Assembly: GCF_964188315.1 (NCBI RefSeq)
Contig: NC_135665.1
Location: 35,092,001-35,156,000 of the forward strand
DNA length: 64,000 bases
Origin: Podarcis muralis
Lineage: Eukaryota
Reading direction: 5' to 3'
Numbering within the stretch: position 1 is the first letter of the stretch; every line of letters starts with the position of its first letter. The notes beneath the pieces are model-generated. The model was not told the origin of the DNA, made no database searches, and was given only the letters and a program-made list of their open reading frames with translations. This document shows positions 51,525-64,000 of the stretch, in pieces. Both the position numbers and the translations under genes were made by a program.

Positions 51525-52380
51525 GTATGTAACTCTAGAAATTTTGGGGGAGGGGGGAATATAAATTGCATGTTTATAATCTCAGCATGATATCTGACAC
51601 AAGTGATAGAGTAGACCCATTGAAATTAATGGACAAGTCACTTGCCCATTGATTTCACTGGATATCACCATTAATGGATTTTCTTCTCAGCTGTAATCAT
51701 TGACGTGAGATCTGTGTCATAAGCATTTTAACCTTTGAAAGCCTAGCTAAACTATAATTCATTACAACAAATCTTCATGAGCTTTTGCTTCTTGGGTTAT
51801 TAGGGGAAGAAAATTGGAGGTTGATTTCTTTTTCAGTGTTATATGATACCTTTCTTATCGATGCACACACAAGGTGGTTTAAGATTTTTTTAAAAACCCA
51901 GTGTCAATCAATTAAAATTAATGAAAGAACAGTTAAATCATAAAAGCAACATATCCTTAAAAGCCCTAACTTCAAAAAAGAAAACTATCTTAAGTGCAAA
52001 TTGAAAACAGGCAATGAAAGAGCCAAACCTACTTTCAGAACGGGGAAGCCAGTCATTCCACAATTGAAAAGGCTAAAATGAAACAGTGAGGGGACGGGAC
52101 AAAAGAAAGACCCCAGAAGCTAGAACAAGAACTCAAGCAGGTTCATATGAGACAAGGCAGTTGCTGAGGTACCTGGAATGGGATTACCAGCAGCGAAAGT
52201 CTTGCATAAGGATGCTACTCCCAAGTACTTGGCACAGCAAACCACTTCAGTATCTGTGGGCACATCAAAACTATTTAGTGACATAGCAGTGTGAGTTCCT
52301 TTTGCAACAAAAACAGCTGAAAATCCTACTAGGCATGCCTGAGCCATTAAGCATGGTGTGTGTGTGTGTGTGTGTGTACA

Positions 52381-52558
52381 CAGTGGACGCCTGGGTTGCG
52401 AACGTGATCTGTGCGGGAGGCGCGTTTTCATGCGCAGGTTGCGATTTGGAGCTTCTGCACATGTGCAAAGCGCCGAAACCTGGAAGTAACCCATTCCAGT
52501 ACACGTCTGTAACCTGAAAACGCGCAACCTGAAGCATCTGTAACCTGAGGTATGACTG
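52381..52558. mobile_element. Tc1/mariner (Tigger-like) MITE inside a (TG)n tract
   Basis: CAGTGGACGCCTGGGTTGCG...GTAACCTGAGGTATGACTG, with the same TAACCTGAA repeats as 20113 and 42866. Confidence 0.7.
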
Positions 52559-52701
52559 TGTGTGTGTCTGTGTGTATACACAGACACACACAGTCTTCGA
52601 ATTCTAGCCATAACTACTCTATCTCTATTAAAAAGGCATCCAGTTATAAGCTTAAAATATGAAATGCTGCATTTTTCTAATTTCTCAAAATACATTTTCA
52701 G

Positions 52702-52736
52702 ATTATTGGGCATATTCTGGAAGTGTGCCAGGATTG
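52702..52736 (+). CDS. TMEM167A: TMEM167A exon 3 (35 nt)
   Basis: A+LLGIFWKCARI+G. Acceptor cattttcag, donor gtaagt. Confidence 0.96.
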
Positions 52737-54165
52737 GTAAGTGTGCATGTTCTGTTTCCCAAAAATATACTGTATTAGTGGATGTTAGTGTGTCATCTAA
52801 GCATACCTTTTATTTGCCTTAAAAAAAATCTTCGTGGTATTATTTTCAAATACGCAGCATGTGCTTTTCTGCAATTTCAACTTTGATAAACAGACTGCTT
52901 AATGTAAGGGTTACTAGTATTAGGAATCAAAATGTGTAGACTTAAGAGCAAAAATGTTCTGGATACTGAATTACAGTCTTCCTAGCAAAAGTTCAAGCAG
53001 TAAATTGCTCTAGACTCTCCGCCTGTCTCACAGGGTTGTTGTGGGATCAGTCTGTAAGGACTGCATGTATGCTACTTTGAGCTGCCTATGGGAAGGCTAT
53101 ATGACAGACAAATGTGAAGAGTGATGTGAGAGATTCAAGAATAGTCGTGGTGCATGATGTAAGGCACTGCTTTCCTGGCTAGAGTGGCACTGCTGCTTGC
53201 CAGAATGGAGGAGGGGAGCGCTGGGTTAGTTGTGGCGGCAGACGCATGTGTGTCAACCTGCATCTGCTACCCCTGCCACCCTTATATTTCTCTCATCCTC
53301 CCTGCCACCCTACCCTGCCACACCACTACAACTCGAAGGGTGGTGCAGTGGAAGCACCACACTTCATGTGCCATGAGTGCCCATAGATTTTGTTCTGTCC
53401 TCAGCACATAAATGCAAACACAAGAGAAGCTGTGATTTAGAAAGGGGCACAGGAGGAAAGGGTTAAGTACTCTAGAATGCCACTTTCCCAATCTTCAAAG
53501 CAGCACATGAGGCTAATAGTTATCAAAACAAAAAATTAATCACTTGTTCAAAAACCTGTTGTGCCTAGTTTTGACACAAAAGATGTGGCAGGTTTGGCAT
53601 GACCTTATTATAATCATAATTTCTTGTCTGGAGAGCCAAAAATTCTAGCAGACATTATGTGATTCTCCCCCTCCTGCCTTCTGACTGTTTTAGCACTTGT
53701 TCTCTTTCTGTAAAAGGATAAACACAAAGCTACATCAGTGTAGAATGCAATTCTGCCCCTTGTGTTTAAACGTCTGCACCTTTAAGCAGACAAGCTGTTG
53801 CCTATTTGTAAAGTAGTGCTAACAGGCGTTGAATCCTAATTGATGATGGATGCCTCTCTCAAGAAAATTAAGAACAGAAAAGTACAACATGTAAGAAAAC
53901 TGTAGGAGGTGGACTTCCTCAACATTAATTCTAAGCAGATGTGAAATTGCAGACGTTAATTTGCACAGCTATTTGCAGTTTAATTAAATGTGTGCCAGAT
54001 GATGACAGTGTCTCGTAATGTAATTGGGGTGGCCCTCACTTGTGCAAAGACTCAGTGAACTGTTTCTTGCTGTGGAAAGATTTCTCACTAAGCAGCCAGC
54101 TTGTGTGAGCGGATACTTGTATGCATATTCCTTTGCACACACCACCAATACAGAAGCATTAGCAA

Positions 54166-54742
54166 TGCCATCTCCCAACTCCTCGAAAGATTCCATCAAC
54201 AGTGTCTCCGGAAAAAATTACATCTCTCTTGGGAAGACAGGCGAACTAATATCAGTGTACTGGAAGAAGCAAAGATCACCAGTGTCGAAGCAATGATTCT
54301 TCAACATCAACTTCGTTGGACTGGTCATGTTTGGATGCCTGATTATCGTCTTCCAAAGCAATTACTCTATTCCCAACTCGAGAATGGAAAGCGAAATACC
54401 AGAGCACAACAAAAGAGGTTAAAATGCACTCTCAAGGCACATCTAAGAAAAGGTAGCATAAACACTAATAACTGGAAAACAATTGGAGAACAGCCTTTAC
54501 CAAAGGTGTCATGGACTTTGAAGATGCACGAATTCAGGGTGAAAAGGAGAAATGAGCTAAGAGGAAGGCATGTTTGGCAAACCCTCACCAGGATCAACTC
54601 CCACCCAGAAACCTATGTCCCCACTGTGGAAGGGCATGTGGATCCAGAATTGGCCTCCACAGTCAATTATGGACTCACTGCTAAGACCATGTTCATGGAA
54701 GATAATTTTACTCAGCTACGAGTTATCACCAAAGAAGAAGAA
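54166..54742 (+). mobile_element. RTE-clade LINE 3' fragment in TMEM167A intron 3
   Basis: LERFHQQCLRKKLHLSWEDRRTNISVLEEAKITSVEAMILQHQLRWTGHV...RLPKQLLYSQLENGKR, then in another frame LCPHCGRACGSRIGLHSQLWTH (RTE C-terminal zinc-finger-like motif), and a (GAA)3 tail. Confidence 0.9.
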
Positions 54743-56004
54743 TTATATTTCATGCTTAACATACTCTGGGTATTACAGCATTTATTCAGTTAAATGTTAG
54801 GTTGTTTTTCCAAATGTTACCCACCATAGATATATGGCAACAATTGTTCACTACAAGAGAAACATTTTTGACATGTTTCTGCTTTAGGGCAAGGGTGGGG
54901 AATTTCTTTTGGCTCCATGGACCAGATCATTATTAGGATCATCCTTGCAGGCCAGATTTGACAGGTGGGTGGGGCTGCCCATCTGTCAAACCACATGACA
55001 TCATTAATGACACTGAGCGATTGACAAACCCACCTTCTAAAATCCATTGTGCAGGGTTTCCAAGCACCCAGCAACCCACAGAGACTGAAAGGAAGTATGG
55101 GAGCTGTCATAATGCCCTTTACCAAAGTGGGTTTTGAAGTAGCCTATTTAAGCTGGCGGGAGATAGGGGAGAGGCAGCTCCTTCTCCCCTCCCCCACCAA
55201 CCTCCACTATCCACCTGCTCAATTAAAGGAAAAGCACACACGTGCTTCACAAAGTACTTTTGCAAAGGGCTTCAATCTGTGCTCACCAACAGGGAACAGA
55301 GCCAGTGCAGCATTAAACCCAGTGACATCACCAGTGAACAAATGGTGTGGTTTAGCAACTATGACCTTTTGGGCCAAATTGTACCCCCTGATAATACAAG
55401 ACTGACTTACAGGCTGGAGGCTGCCCATGTCTGTTTAAGGCTGGTAGTACATATTAGGAGTTTCAAACTCTTGTGCAAGGAGAAGCATGTTAAGAAGATT
55501 TGGGGGAGGGCTGAGCGGTTACAAGGAGGGGGATTACAAACTTACAATTGTAAAAGAGAGGCTGTATTTGTGTTTCTCTGGTGCCCTTGATGCACTTTAC
55601 CCCTGTAATGCTGCAGATTTACCTTACAAGTACTGTTCCCATAGCCTTCACTGGAAGTGGTCTGGGCAGACGATTAGGTTGATATTGACACATTTTGCAT
55701 ATTTGTAGATATTGCATTGGGGCAGGGGTGGCCATACCTTCTCTCTGTCTATGCTCTGTCTATCCTATCCAGGTGTGGTGTCCTGCTTGCACAATAGACT
55801 GTCGTTCATACAAATAGCATGTCCCCTTCATCTCCATCCCTCTGCACCTTCCTGTACATCCCAAAAACGTGCTTGGAATTCTCATTTTTGGTGTCTTTTC
55901 CCTTGCAGATTTCCCTGCTTCACATTACTGCATTTCTTTCAAGCAGTCATACTCGCTTGTGTGATGTGAACTAGCCAGTAATTCAATTTTGTTTCTTTTT
56001 CCAG

Positions 56005-56075
56005 GCGAGCGGAAGAGCCCTTATGTAGCTGTGTGCTGTATTGCGATGGCCTTCAGTATTCTATTTATACAGTAA
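56005..56075 (+). CDS. TMEM167A: TMEM167A exon 4 coding part (71 nt, stop TAA 56073-56075)
   Basis: (G)ERKSPYVAVCCIAMAFSILFIQ*. Acceptor ttctttttccag. Total CDS 3+110+35+71=219 nt, 72 aa. Confidence 0.97.
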
Positions 56076-56117
56076 AAATGGGGAAATGTCAGGAATAGAT
56101 TTGTCAAGCGCATTTGG

Positions 56118-56123
56118 AATAAA
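56118..56123 (+). terminator. Candidate proximal polyadenylation signal of TMEM167A (further AATAAA near 56663, 56902 and 57024)
   Basis: AATAAA 43 nt after the stop codon. Which site is used cannot be told from sequence. Confidence 0.35.
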
Positions 56124-58378
56124 AGACTCGGGGAAAACAGAAGAGATGAAAAATATGATCTACACTTCACTTTCTTTGTTAATGCTGGACAAGACACACC
56201 TTTGACAATTTGTTTCCATATTTCAGTTAGGGGAGCAGTGGTGTATTAAATTAAAAAAATGCAGTTATTAATTAATACTGTCATACTTCTGCCGAATTCT
56301 TTTATGTGAACTGTATTCTGAATTTCAGATGGGATATTTTAAGATGGACAAAGTAGAAACCTCTCTTTGAGAATTGAATTGCTATTAAAATACAAAACCT
56401 TTTAAAAAGTTTATATTTTTTGCAACAACTTTTGATTTTAAAAATATGAAATCACAGAGATAGAATTCCAGTGTCACATTAGCAAACATGATTGGGCTTC
56501 TCCTTCTCCTTCCCCAAAGGCCCCTGTGCCTTCTCCACTCTTTTCTGAAGGATTCCCACAACATGAAAATGCAGGAGGAAGGAGACGAAGGAGAAGTGCT
56601 GTTTGCATGAGCGACTGCCTTTTGTGCAAGCAGGATGCCAAAGCTGGATATCACCTTGAAACAATAAAATCTTAAAACCATTGGCAGAGACAGAGTAAAA
56701 TCAGATCAATATTGTACCATTATCAACAAAAGTGGTGGTGTAATAAGCAGTAGAGATTGAGGTAAAGCAGGGATATATGCAAAAGTTCAAAACAATGTTT
56801 CAAATTGGAAGCACATGAAATTTGTGATTAATTGTTTTATACACACACACAGGCACACATACAGGTTGAAAATATTTTTAAATTAGTTAAAATACCTGTA
56901 AAATAAAAGAAGTACATTTTACAAAGAATGAATCCTGTTCGCAATTACTTCAGGCAAACACTACTCTGTATTAAAGTCAACACTTAACAATCAAATATTT
57001 TTGGTTTATTCTGATTTTTTAAAAATAAACATTTATATAATAACGTGCTGTGTGCTTATGATATCTGCAGGCTGTTAAATTCTGGAACTTGTCTTGAATG
57101 TATGAGAAATATATTTGTTTATCCTATTATGAAATCCAGAACTTTTCCTGAAACCTGGCTTTTATATTCATTCAGTAGTTGTATCTGCTGGAATATTCAC
57201 TACAGCTCATACAAAAATTCAGAAAGGAACAATTGATAATACTGGTTTATTTATGAACTGAGCTTTTCTAATGTGGCCATCCTATTTCTGCTTAGCTATC
57301 TTTATATTAGGGCTACTGTAAACAACAACAACCAAAAACCCTCTGGATTTTGTGCTTATTTAACAAATAATGCTAATATCCTTGGACCTTCAAGTGTATT
57401 TTTGTACTCAGTGATGTGTTCAGTTTCTTACAACCTTCTGACGATTCTCTTTACAATACGTTATGTTATGTTTTTCAAAATTACAGTAATTGTATAAATA
57501 ACAGAATGAACAAGCGCAAAATTAAAGAAAGGTCATTGCTGAGCAGTTGTTGCTAAACTCTTGTGTGGAAAATGGTGTGTATTTTGGAGGATATTTAGCA
57601 GGCAGTATTTTTCACACAATTAAGATGTAAATTTATTCATGAAACTGAGAGGCGATGTCAGCAGCCAATGGATTCATATTCTTTGAAAGCAGTGTGGCAT
57701 GGCATAATCCTGCATGTAGCGTTTGCAGAACAAGAATGCATAGAACTCCCAATATGCACATCACAATTTGTTGTGTGTGAAGTTTCTGAAAACCTGATCA
57801 GAAGGGGCCAACCATGACTACTTCAGAATGCTGTGTTTGTGCATTGTTTCCTTTTTATGAGTGGTCAAAATGTATGCTTTCCTGATCTGTTCATATACCT
57901 CTCCACAGAGTTTCTAAAAACCTGTTTTCTGACCATGTTTTTAACAATGGCAGTTCCATAACTATAATCAAGCTTCTGAATACAAACCTGAGAAAACAAA
58001 TAAAATTTGTTATCCTTGAGAAAATGCATCATCCACATTGATACAAAATTTATTCTGAAAAGATGTTCCTTTTTTTAAAGCAGTAATGGCTGTTCAAATG
58101 TTTCCAAATGTGATCAGGAAATACAATATATATTACATTGTATCGTGTATTGAACTATTCAGTTTATAATATCCATTGTTTATAAATGTTTGTTTCCACA
58201 GTTAAAACACAGCTACAATTCGGGATTATTATTATTTTTTTAAGTAGTTCAAAGCAGAATGTGTTTACAATGTTTATTAAAAGTTTCAGTTTTCCACAAC
58301 CCCTTAAGTAGCAGGTAGCAGAAAGTAGGAAAAAATAGACAGTAGTCTGCATGGAGAAAAGTAGAAAGTGGTATATCG

Positions 58379-58710
58379 GGACCTGTGATTTTTAACTTCT
58401 TCATAAACAATCTAAAGTTAGGACTTAGCAGTAAGGTAGCCAAGTTTGCTGATGATACTAAATTGTTCAGGGTCAGGGATTTTTTCAGCCAAAACTCAAT
58501 TCCGGCACCTCTTAGATGGGCACCATTGGCATTTTAAGAAAACAAGGGAGGCGTTCAAGGTGAGTTCCTGCACCTCTTTTTCTAGAAAAATAGTACTCTT
58601 CATGATCATTAAAAAATGGAAAGAGTTCTGAAATGACCTCTCCAAACTGAATGAATGGGTGGTAGAATGGCAGATGTAACTGATAAACAAGTGTGAAGTG
58701 ATGCATATTG
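58379..58710 (+). mobile_element. CR1 RT fragment interrupted by a hAT MITE (58474-58598)
   Basis: GPVIFNFFINNLKLGLSSKVAKFADDTKLFR at 58379-58471 resumes as NDLSKLNEWVVEWQM...NKCEVMH. The insert is flanked by TTCAGGGT / TTCATGAT (6/8 match). Confidence 0.8.
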
Positions 58711-60202
58711 TTACAAGGAGCCTGGGGTGGAGCAGAACACGGCAGCATCACCCTAGTGGATGGAGGCCCCCATCCCCCTGCCACACAAGGGAAAGATGGA
58801 GGAACTGCTCCTGGCCAGTAGTGGTAGCAGGAGGAGCCACTGGCCACCAAAGCGCCACACCCAGCTCCGCATTCGCCCTCCTGCCCTTTGAACAATAGGG
58901 GCGCCTGACCCCTTCAAAGAAAAATGGGGTTGGCCCCTAAGAGTTGGTGCCTACGTTGTGTTTTTAAGTTCCTTAAATCGTATTGTGATCTTTTAATAAT
59001 GAGCTTTAGCACGTATGCCTAGCGCAAACTCTAGTCAGAAAATAATTTGTTTGCATTAACACATTCTTTTTCAGCCCAAGGCTGCATTGCCCTATACGAG
59101 AATGAATTTGGACGAGACCTAAAAGCCTTGAGCCATAGCTGGGTGAACAGCATATTCCTTAAATATGGAGAAAACAGTGATGGTATTGTGTGGGTGAGGG
59201 AACGGATTTTGTATTTCTTCATTGTAAAGAATCCTGCACTGTATAACTAGCTTTAAATACTCCAGTAAGATGAAGTCTTCCTGGCAATCTTGAACTTTCC
59301 AATTCTAGCAATTAACATGAATGACTATAGCACTTAGGAACGACATGTCTGGTTAAAGAGTACAGACTCCAACTGAACCTCTGTAGTGTGGCAAATGTGC
59401 AGTCAGATAGCGAGTGTGCAGTTATGTGAATACTTGGCAGGAGAGAGAGGTCCTCAGGGAAGGAAGTTCTTTGGAAGAGAGTCGTGAGGAAAAATGGCCC
59501 CACATACTCTTGATGTACGTCCAGTTTCACCTCAAGGGCACTAATGTTTTGCGTAATCCTAGGTTTGACGTAGAGACTCAAAATGTTGAAAATGGGACAA
59601 AAAATGCTTCTGGCTCTTCAGGAGCTCTTGACTCGTCTCCTCTTTATATCCAGATAACGGACTTAAAACAACCTCTGAACACATGACCGTGTTCACCAAT
59701 TGGTTTTCTCATCCTTTAAGAACTTGCTTCTTCCCTGGTCACATTTACAGAGAATGAGGAAAGGGTAGGTTCTGCTTCTTTTGAGTGCCTGTTTATGATT
59801 GTGGGTTTAAAACTGTGAGTGCCATATTGGAAAGAGAGTTTTTTTCTGATTAACCTTGGGATCACATATAGTGTCACATCTACACGGTACATTTAAAGCA
59901 CATAGCTTCCCACAAAGAACCCTGGGAACTGAAATTTATCCCTCAGAGCTGCAATTCCCAGCACCCTTAAAAAAACTACATTTCCCAGGATTCTTTGCGG
60001 GGGAGCCAAATGCTTTAAATGAGCATTAAGCCTAGGATGGGGATGTGACCTAGTGCACATGGCCTCTTCAGTTTGTTGGATTGTAGAGAAATGTATACTG
60101 GAGTGTGGACAATTGTACAGCCAGATTCTTAGTGGTTTGTTTCGTTGGTTTTGGTTAGTTGGTTTTCCGCCCCTACAGTATTGCAAATCACTGCTCTCGC
60201 AC

Positions 60203-60203
60203 A

Positions 60204-60234
<31 letters not shown>
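60203..60234. repeat. (CT)n(AT)n compound microsatellite
   Basis: Directly visible. Confidence 0.9.
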
Positions 60235-63200
60235 CATAGGGAGCCAAGCCTCAAGCTGATACTAAATGAAAAGCTTTATTCTTTTCCCCTCAACACCCCA
60301 CTCCCCGCCAATAATATCTTGGTGCCGACAGCTCTTTAGGAGCTTGTCAGTAGAAGTGCTAATTTTGAGAGAGTTGCTTTAAACAAACAAAAGCAAGGGG
60401 AAATAATCCAGTGCAAGTTCTTTGCAGACTAGACCCATTGGCAAACTTACGTCCATTAATTTCAGTGGGTCTCCTTTGAGTAAAACTTAGTGGGCTATAA
60501 TGCATGTCCCCAAAGAAGCTTTTATTAGATTTCAGCTGAGTATTTTGCAATGGGGGGGGGGGGGAGGCACAACCCTTTTGGTTCAGTAGCAGCTTGTGAT
60601 TGGTTCATTTTTCTCTAGTTCTTTCTGTCTTCTCCCTCACTGTTTTGGAGGACTTCCCCCCATATTTTACATGTAAGTAATAAACAAACAAATACCTTAG
60701 GGTGGGATTCATTTAATGAACCCCACCAGGGGAAGCCCAGTATTAGGCACAACAGGGCTTCCCCTCTCCTACCTCATGTGCTGCCTGTGCCCTCCAAAAT
60801 TGCCCGAGGGAGGTCAGGGGAACCCCCAGAACAGCACATGGAGGGAGGGGGAATATTTCTGTCTGGCAAGCTGCTACGCTTGCTCAGATGTAACATTCAG
60901 CATAGCATGATGTTGAATTCTACCCTTGAATGAATAAATATCCATATTTTAGAACGTTGACAGCTGCCTCTTTTCATAATCCAGAAAACCTCCTAAATAA
61001 CACCCGAGTTTTGTGAGTAAGGGAAAGTCTAGCAAAATAATGGATGTGTTTATACACACCCAGAGGAACCACAAAGAAATAATAATTCTAAGCCACTGGC
61101 AAGCTATGCTTCTCAACATATACTTCCACTACCACCTTTAAATATGTACCACAGGAATGAAAGAATGCAGCTAGCTTTATTGCATCCACCAGCCAAGTTC
61201 ACTAGGATTTCTGATTTCCCTGCCATCTATGCTGACCACATGTTTCTGCCCACCCCATCCCCTCTAATTAATGAAGGCAGTGAATGTACTGCCAGGTGGT
61301 AGCTCTCCGTTTTACTGGAATAAGCATTAACTGTAAAACGTGGAACTCTTTGACTTCTGACGTCAGTGGCAAACTTTCAACCAAGGTCTTGTTATCAATT
61401 AGCTGAGACTGGTGAGAAGGAAGAAATCCTCTTGCAAGTCGTGGCTTTTAAACTGTTATGACTGCAACCCTATACCCACTTACCTGGGAGTAAAGACCCA
61501 CATCTCAATGGAAGTTCCTCCATGCATAGAATTGCATTGTTAAAAAGTTTTTCTAGATCAAAAATTAAGCAGCTAGAATTCTGCTTCATTGCTAATGTAT
61601 TAAAATTTGGGGCTTTTCTTTTATAACTGTAAGATGCAGACAGTTGTTTCCCTTACATAGCTGGTAACAAAAATAAAAGGTTGGACAATAATTTGCATTT
61701 TCTCTCATTGCCAAAGCTAACAAGCTGCTTTGGATGTTGAATGTCAGAACATAGAGTAGGCAGTTTTAACATCTTGCATGCATAGTTTGTGTGCAAATGA
61801 AATCAGAAAGATCTTGGAGTGGGGTAATCTGACCATCCACATGCTCTGAGATGATGAAAGACAAATTGGATTGCAGTCCCACCCCCCGTGCATTTATTGA
61901 TTGATTTTCAAGAACACAAATTAAACAATGAATCTTGAAATTAAATTACAACACTCTTCCTCTCAATGCTATTTTTAACATAGTTACCAATGTTTTGATC
62001 TATTAAAGGCAGTGGGATCAATGAATGTGTTACTAGATGTAGTTATAGGATAAAGTTGTTATCCCAAACATTAAATTGAAAATGAATCCAACTGGTATCA
62101 ACTGGACTTGTGTCTGCTACCAACATACTTAGAGATTATTTGTACTTTCTATACTACCATACTGTTATTCTAGGGCAAGCCAATCTAGAAAAACTACAGT
62201 GTTTTCCATCTGATTGAATTGCCACCAAACAATGGGCTCTCAAGAACAGGCCATTCCTAATCTTTATTTCTGGACTTCTGATAGGATGGAGAAGAAAATA
62301 GGATTGCCAGAAACCAGTCATTATTAAAATGAATCTTACCCAGTAATACTTCATGAACTCAATCACACTTAAAACCAGTGCTTTTTTTTCTTTAAAAATG
62401 TTTAGGGGTACTCTCATTTTGACTCAAGAAAATCCCCATTTTATAGTTCAAATCGGGGGAAATAAATACAGTAAATGGACAAAAGTACAAAGATTCACAA
62501 AATGTTTAGGGGTATGCGTATCCCCACGTACCCCCCAAAAAAGCACTGCTTAAAACTAGAGAACAGAACAATGCATCTATTTGTTTTTAAATTCACACAA
62601 TTTGCTTAGCTTGACTTCAAACTACATATAATAAAGAGATGAAGTCAGCCAATGACAATGAGATTTTCCTGATCAGATCCATAACTTTTTTTTCCTAATC
62701 AAGGATGGATAAAGCATAAAATAAAAAGTGGTAAGTAAACATAAGGGTTAGTAGTGTTTTATCTTTCCTTCATGCTTCCCTTTCCACTATTCTCTCATAT
62801 TGTCACCTCAATGGAATATTATTCTAGAAAAGTTGTTGCCAAATCTGAAAGAAAGTCAGCAATGACAGAGAACTTTATTTAGTGAAAGCCTGAGTGGTCA
62901 CATTGTGGATCTTTCTAGCGCTGGTATTATTATTTCTGACGTTTGAATATCATGCAGTGCTAACAGCTTGGCTTTATCCATTTTTTTTTACTTGGAAGAC
63001 AGTTCCCCTGATTTCATGGAACCTGCTCTCTGGTAAGTGCGTAGGAAACATTTCAAAGTCTCAGGTGAAATTGTTTGGTTAATGACCCACCTGGCCTGGA
63101 AGACAGTCTGTGTGTAATTGTTCACCCTATTCCCCACACGTCACATATTTGGCAAAGCACAGGTTCTTCTGTAGCCAAGTGTGCTGAGAGATATAGCCAT

Positions 63201-64000
63201 GTGGGGCTTCACACAGAGGAGAAAAAGCATGATTACTGTAAAGTTAACAAATGCTGGGTGTCCATCACAATGACAGCTGGGGGTGGGGAAGGGAGCGGGG
63301 AAATTAGCATCCTGAGCATGAGAAATGAATGTTCAATTGTTTGGTTTTTCACCCTTCTGTCTAACCTCATATTCCCTTCCCTGTTTGTTTGGATCCAAGT
63401 CTGCCACACTCGAGCACCTGCTTCCTGTAGCAACCCTTATGGGCCGCTGAGAATGAAGTACTTCTTGTTTTTGTGTGCTACTCTCGCTCAGATGGGAGGT
63501 GATGACCTCCCTGGTTTAGGAAAAGAAATCCTGCAACTTGATAAAATGATTCAATATGTGCTTGTGGAATCTGAACTGAAGACAAGACATTATTCCCACA
63601 TGCCACATATCCACTCCTTTTGCACTTGGAAAACACATTTATGAAAGAAAGCGAAGCACATTCCTCAACAGTGCGCAATAGGACCACCGTATTCACACAG
63701 AGTGCCTCTGTGAGATTTCACTGTCATGAAAAGACCTCAGCTTTTCTCCTCATAATGAAATACTGTATGATCTGAAGACCAGTATCCAGATGCTATATCC
63801 TAAGAGTGCAAGGAAAACAAAGGCCAAAGGTCATGTTATGTCAAATTCATATTGGAATTTAATTTCAAACGATTGCCACTCTGTGTGGGGTGAGAGATCT
63901 GATCCAGGGCATGGGTGTGGCAGGCAGTTATGGGTTTAACTCTCCCCTCCTCGCCCCCCAAGGCTGTGATTTGCATCCAACAGCCATGACACATCTAACA

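Noticed and set aside
59047-59686. Possible exons/ORFs downstream of TMEM167A (acceptor-like tttttcag at ~59074, donor-like gtgagg at ~59193)
   Set aside because: No recognisable protein and no consistent multi-exon frame. A lncRNA exon cannot be excluded.
63075-63644. 189-aa + strand ORF
   Set aside because: No family similarity or coding-like composition evident; likely a chance ORF.

Overview
Vertebrate genomic DNA from a squamate reptile, most likely a lacertid lizard (inferred from Sauria/Squam1-type SINEs and the MITE set). Two genes sit head-to-head on a shared CpG-rich promoter at about 48.8-49.2 kb, as in human 5q14. XRCC4 is on the - strand: non-coding exon 1 plus coding exons 2-6 (754 nt of CDS, 251 codons + 1 nt, all GT-AG and in phase). 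Its last exons were not found and probably lie left of the window. TMEM167A (kish) is on the + strand with a complete 4-exon CDS of 219 nt (72 aa). The rest is intron or intergenic sequence rich in transposon remnants: Sauria SINEs, L1, L2, CR1 and RTE fragments, hAT MITEs with intact 8-bp TSDs, Tc1/mariner-type MITEs, a probable solo LTR nested in an L2, and a Penelope-like remnant carrying a hammerhead-ribozyme core. I found no convincing previously undescribed system. The best leads are the hammerhead motif in XRCC4-sense orientation, a natural Gln at the human XRCC4 R161 position with an A at the last exon base, a 5-aa head-domain insertion in XRCC4, an internally deleted SINE with its own TSD, and an unexplained exact 36-bp repeat. 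Repeat-family names and human comparisons come from recall, not from database searches.
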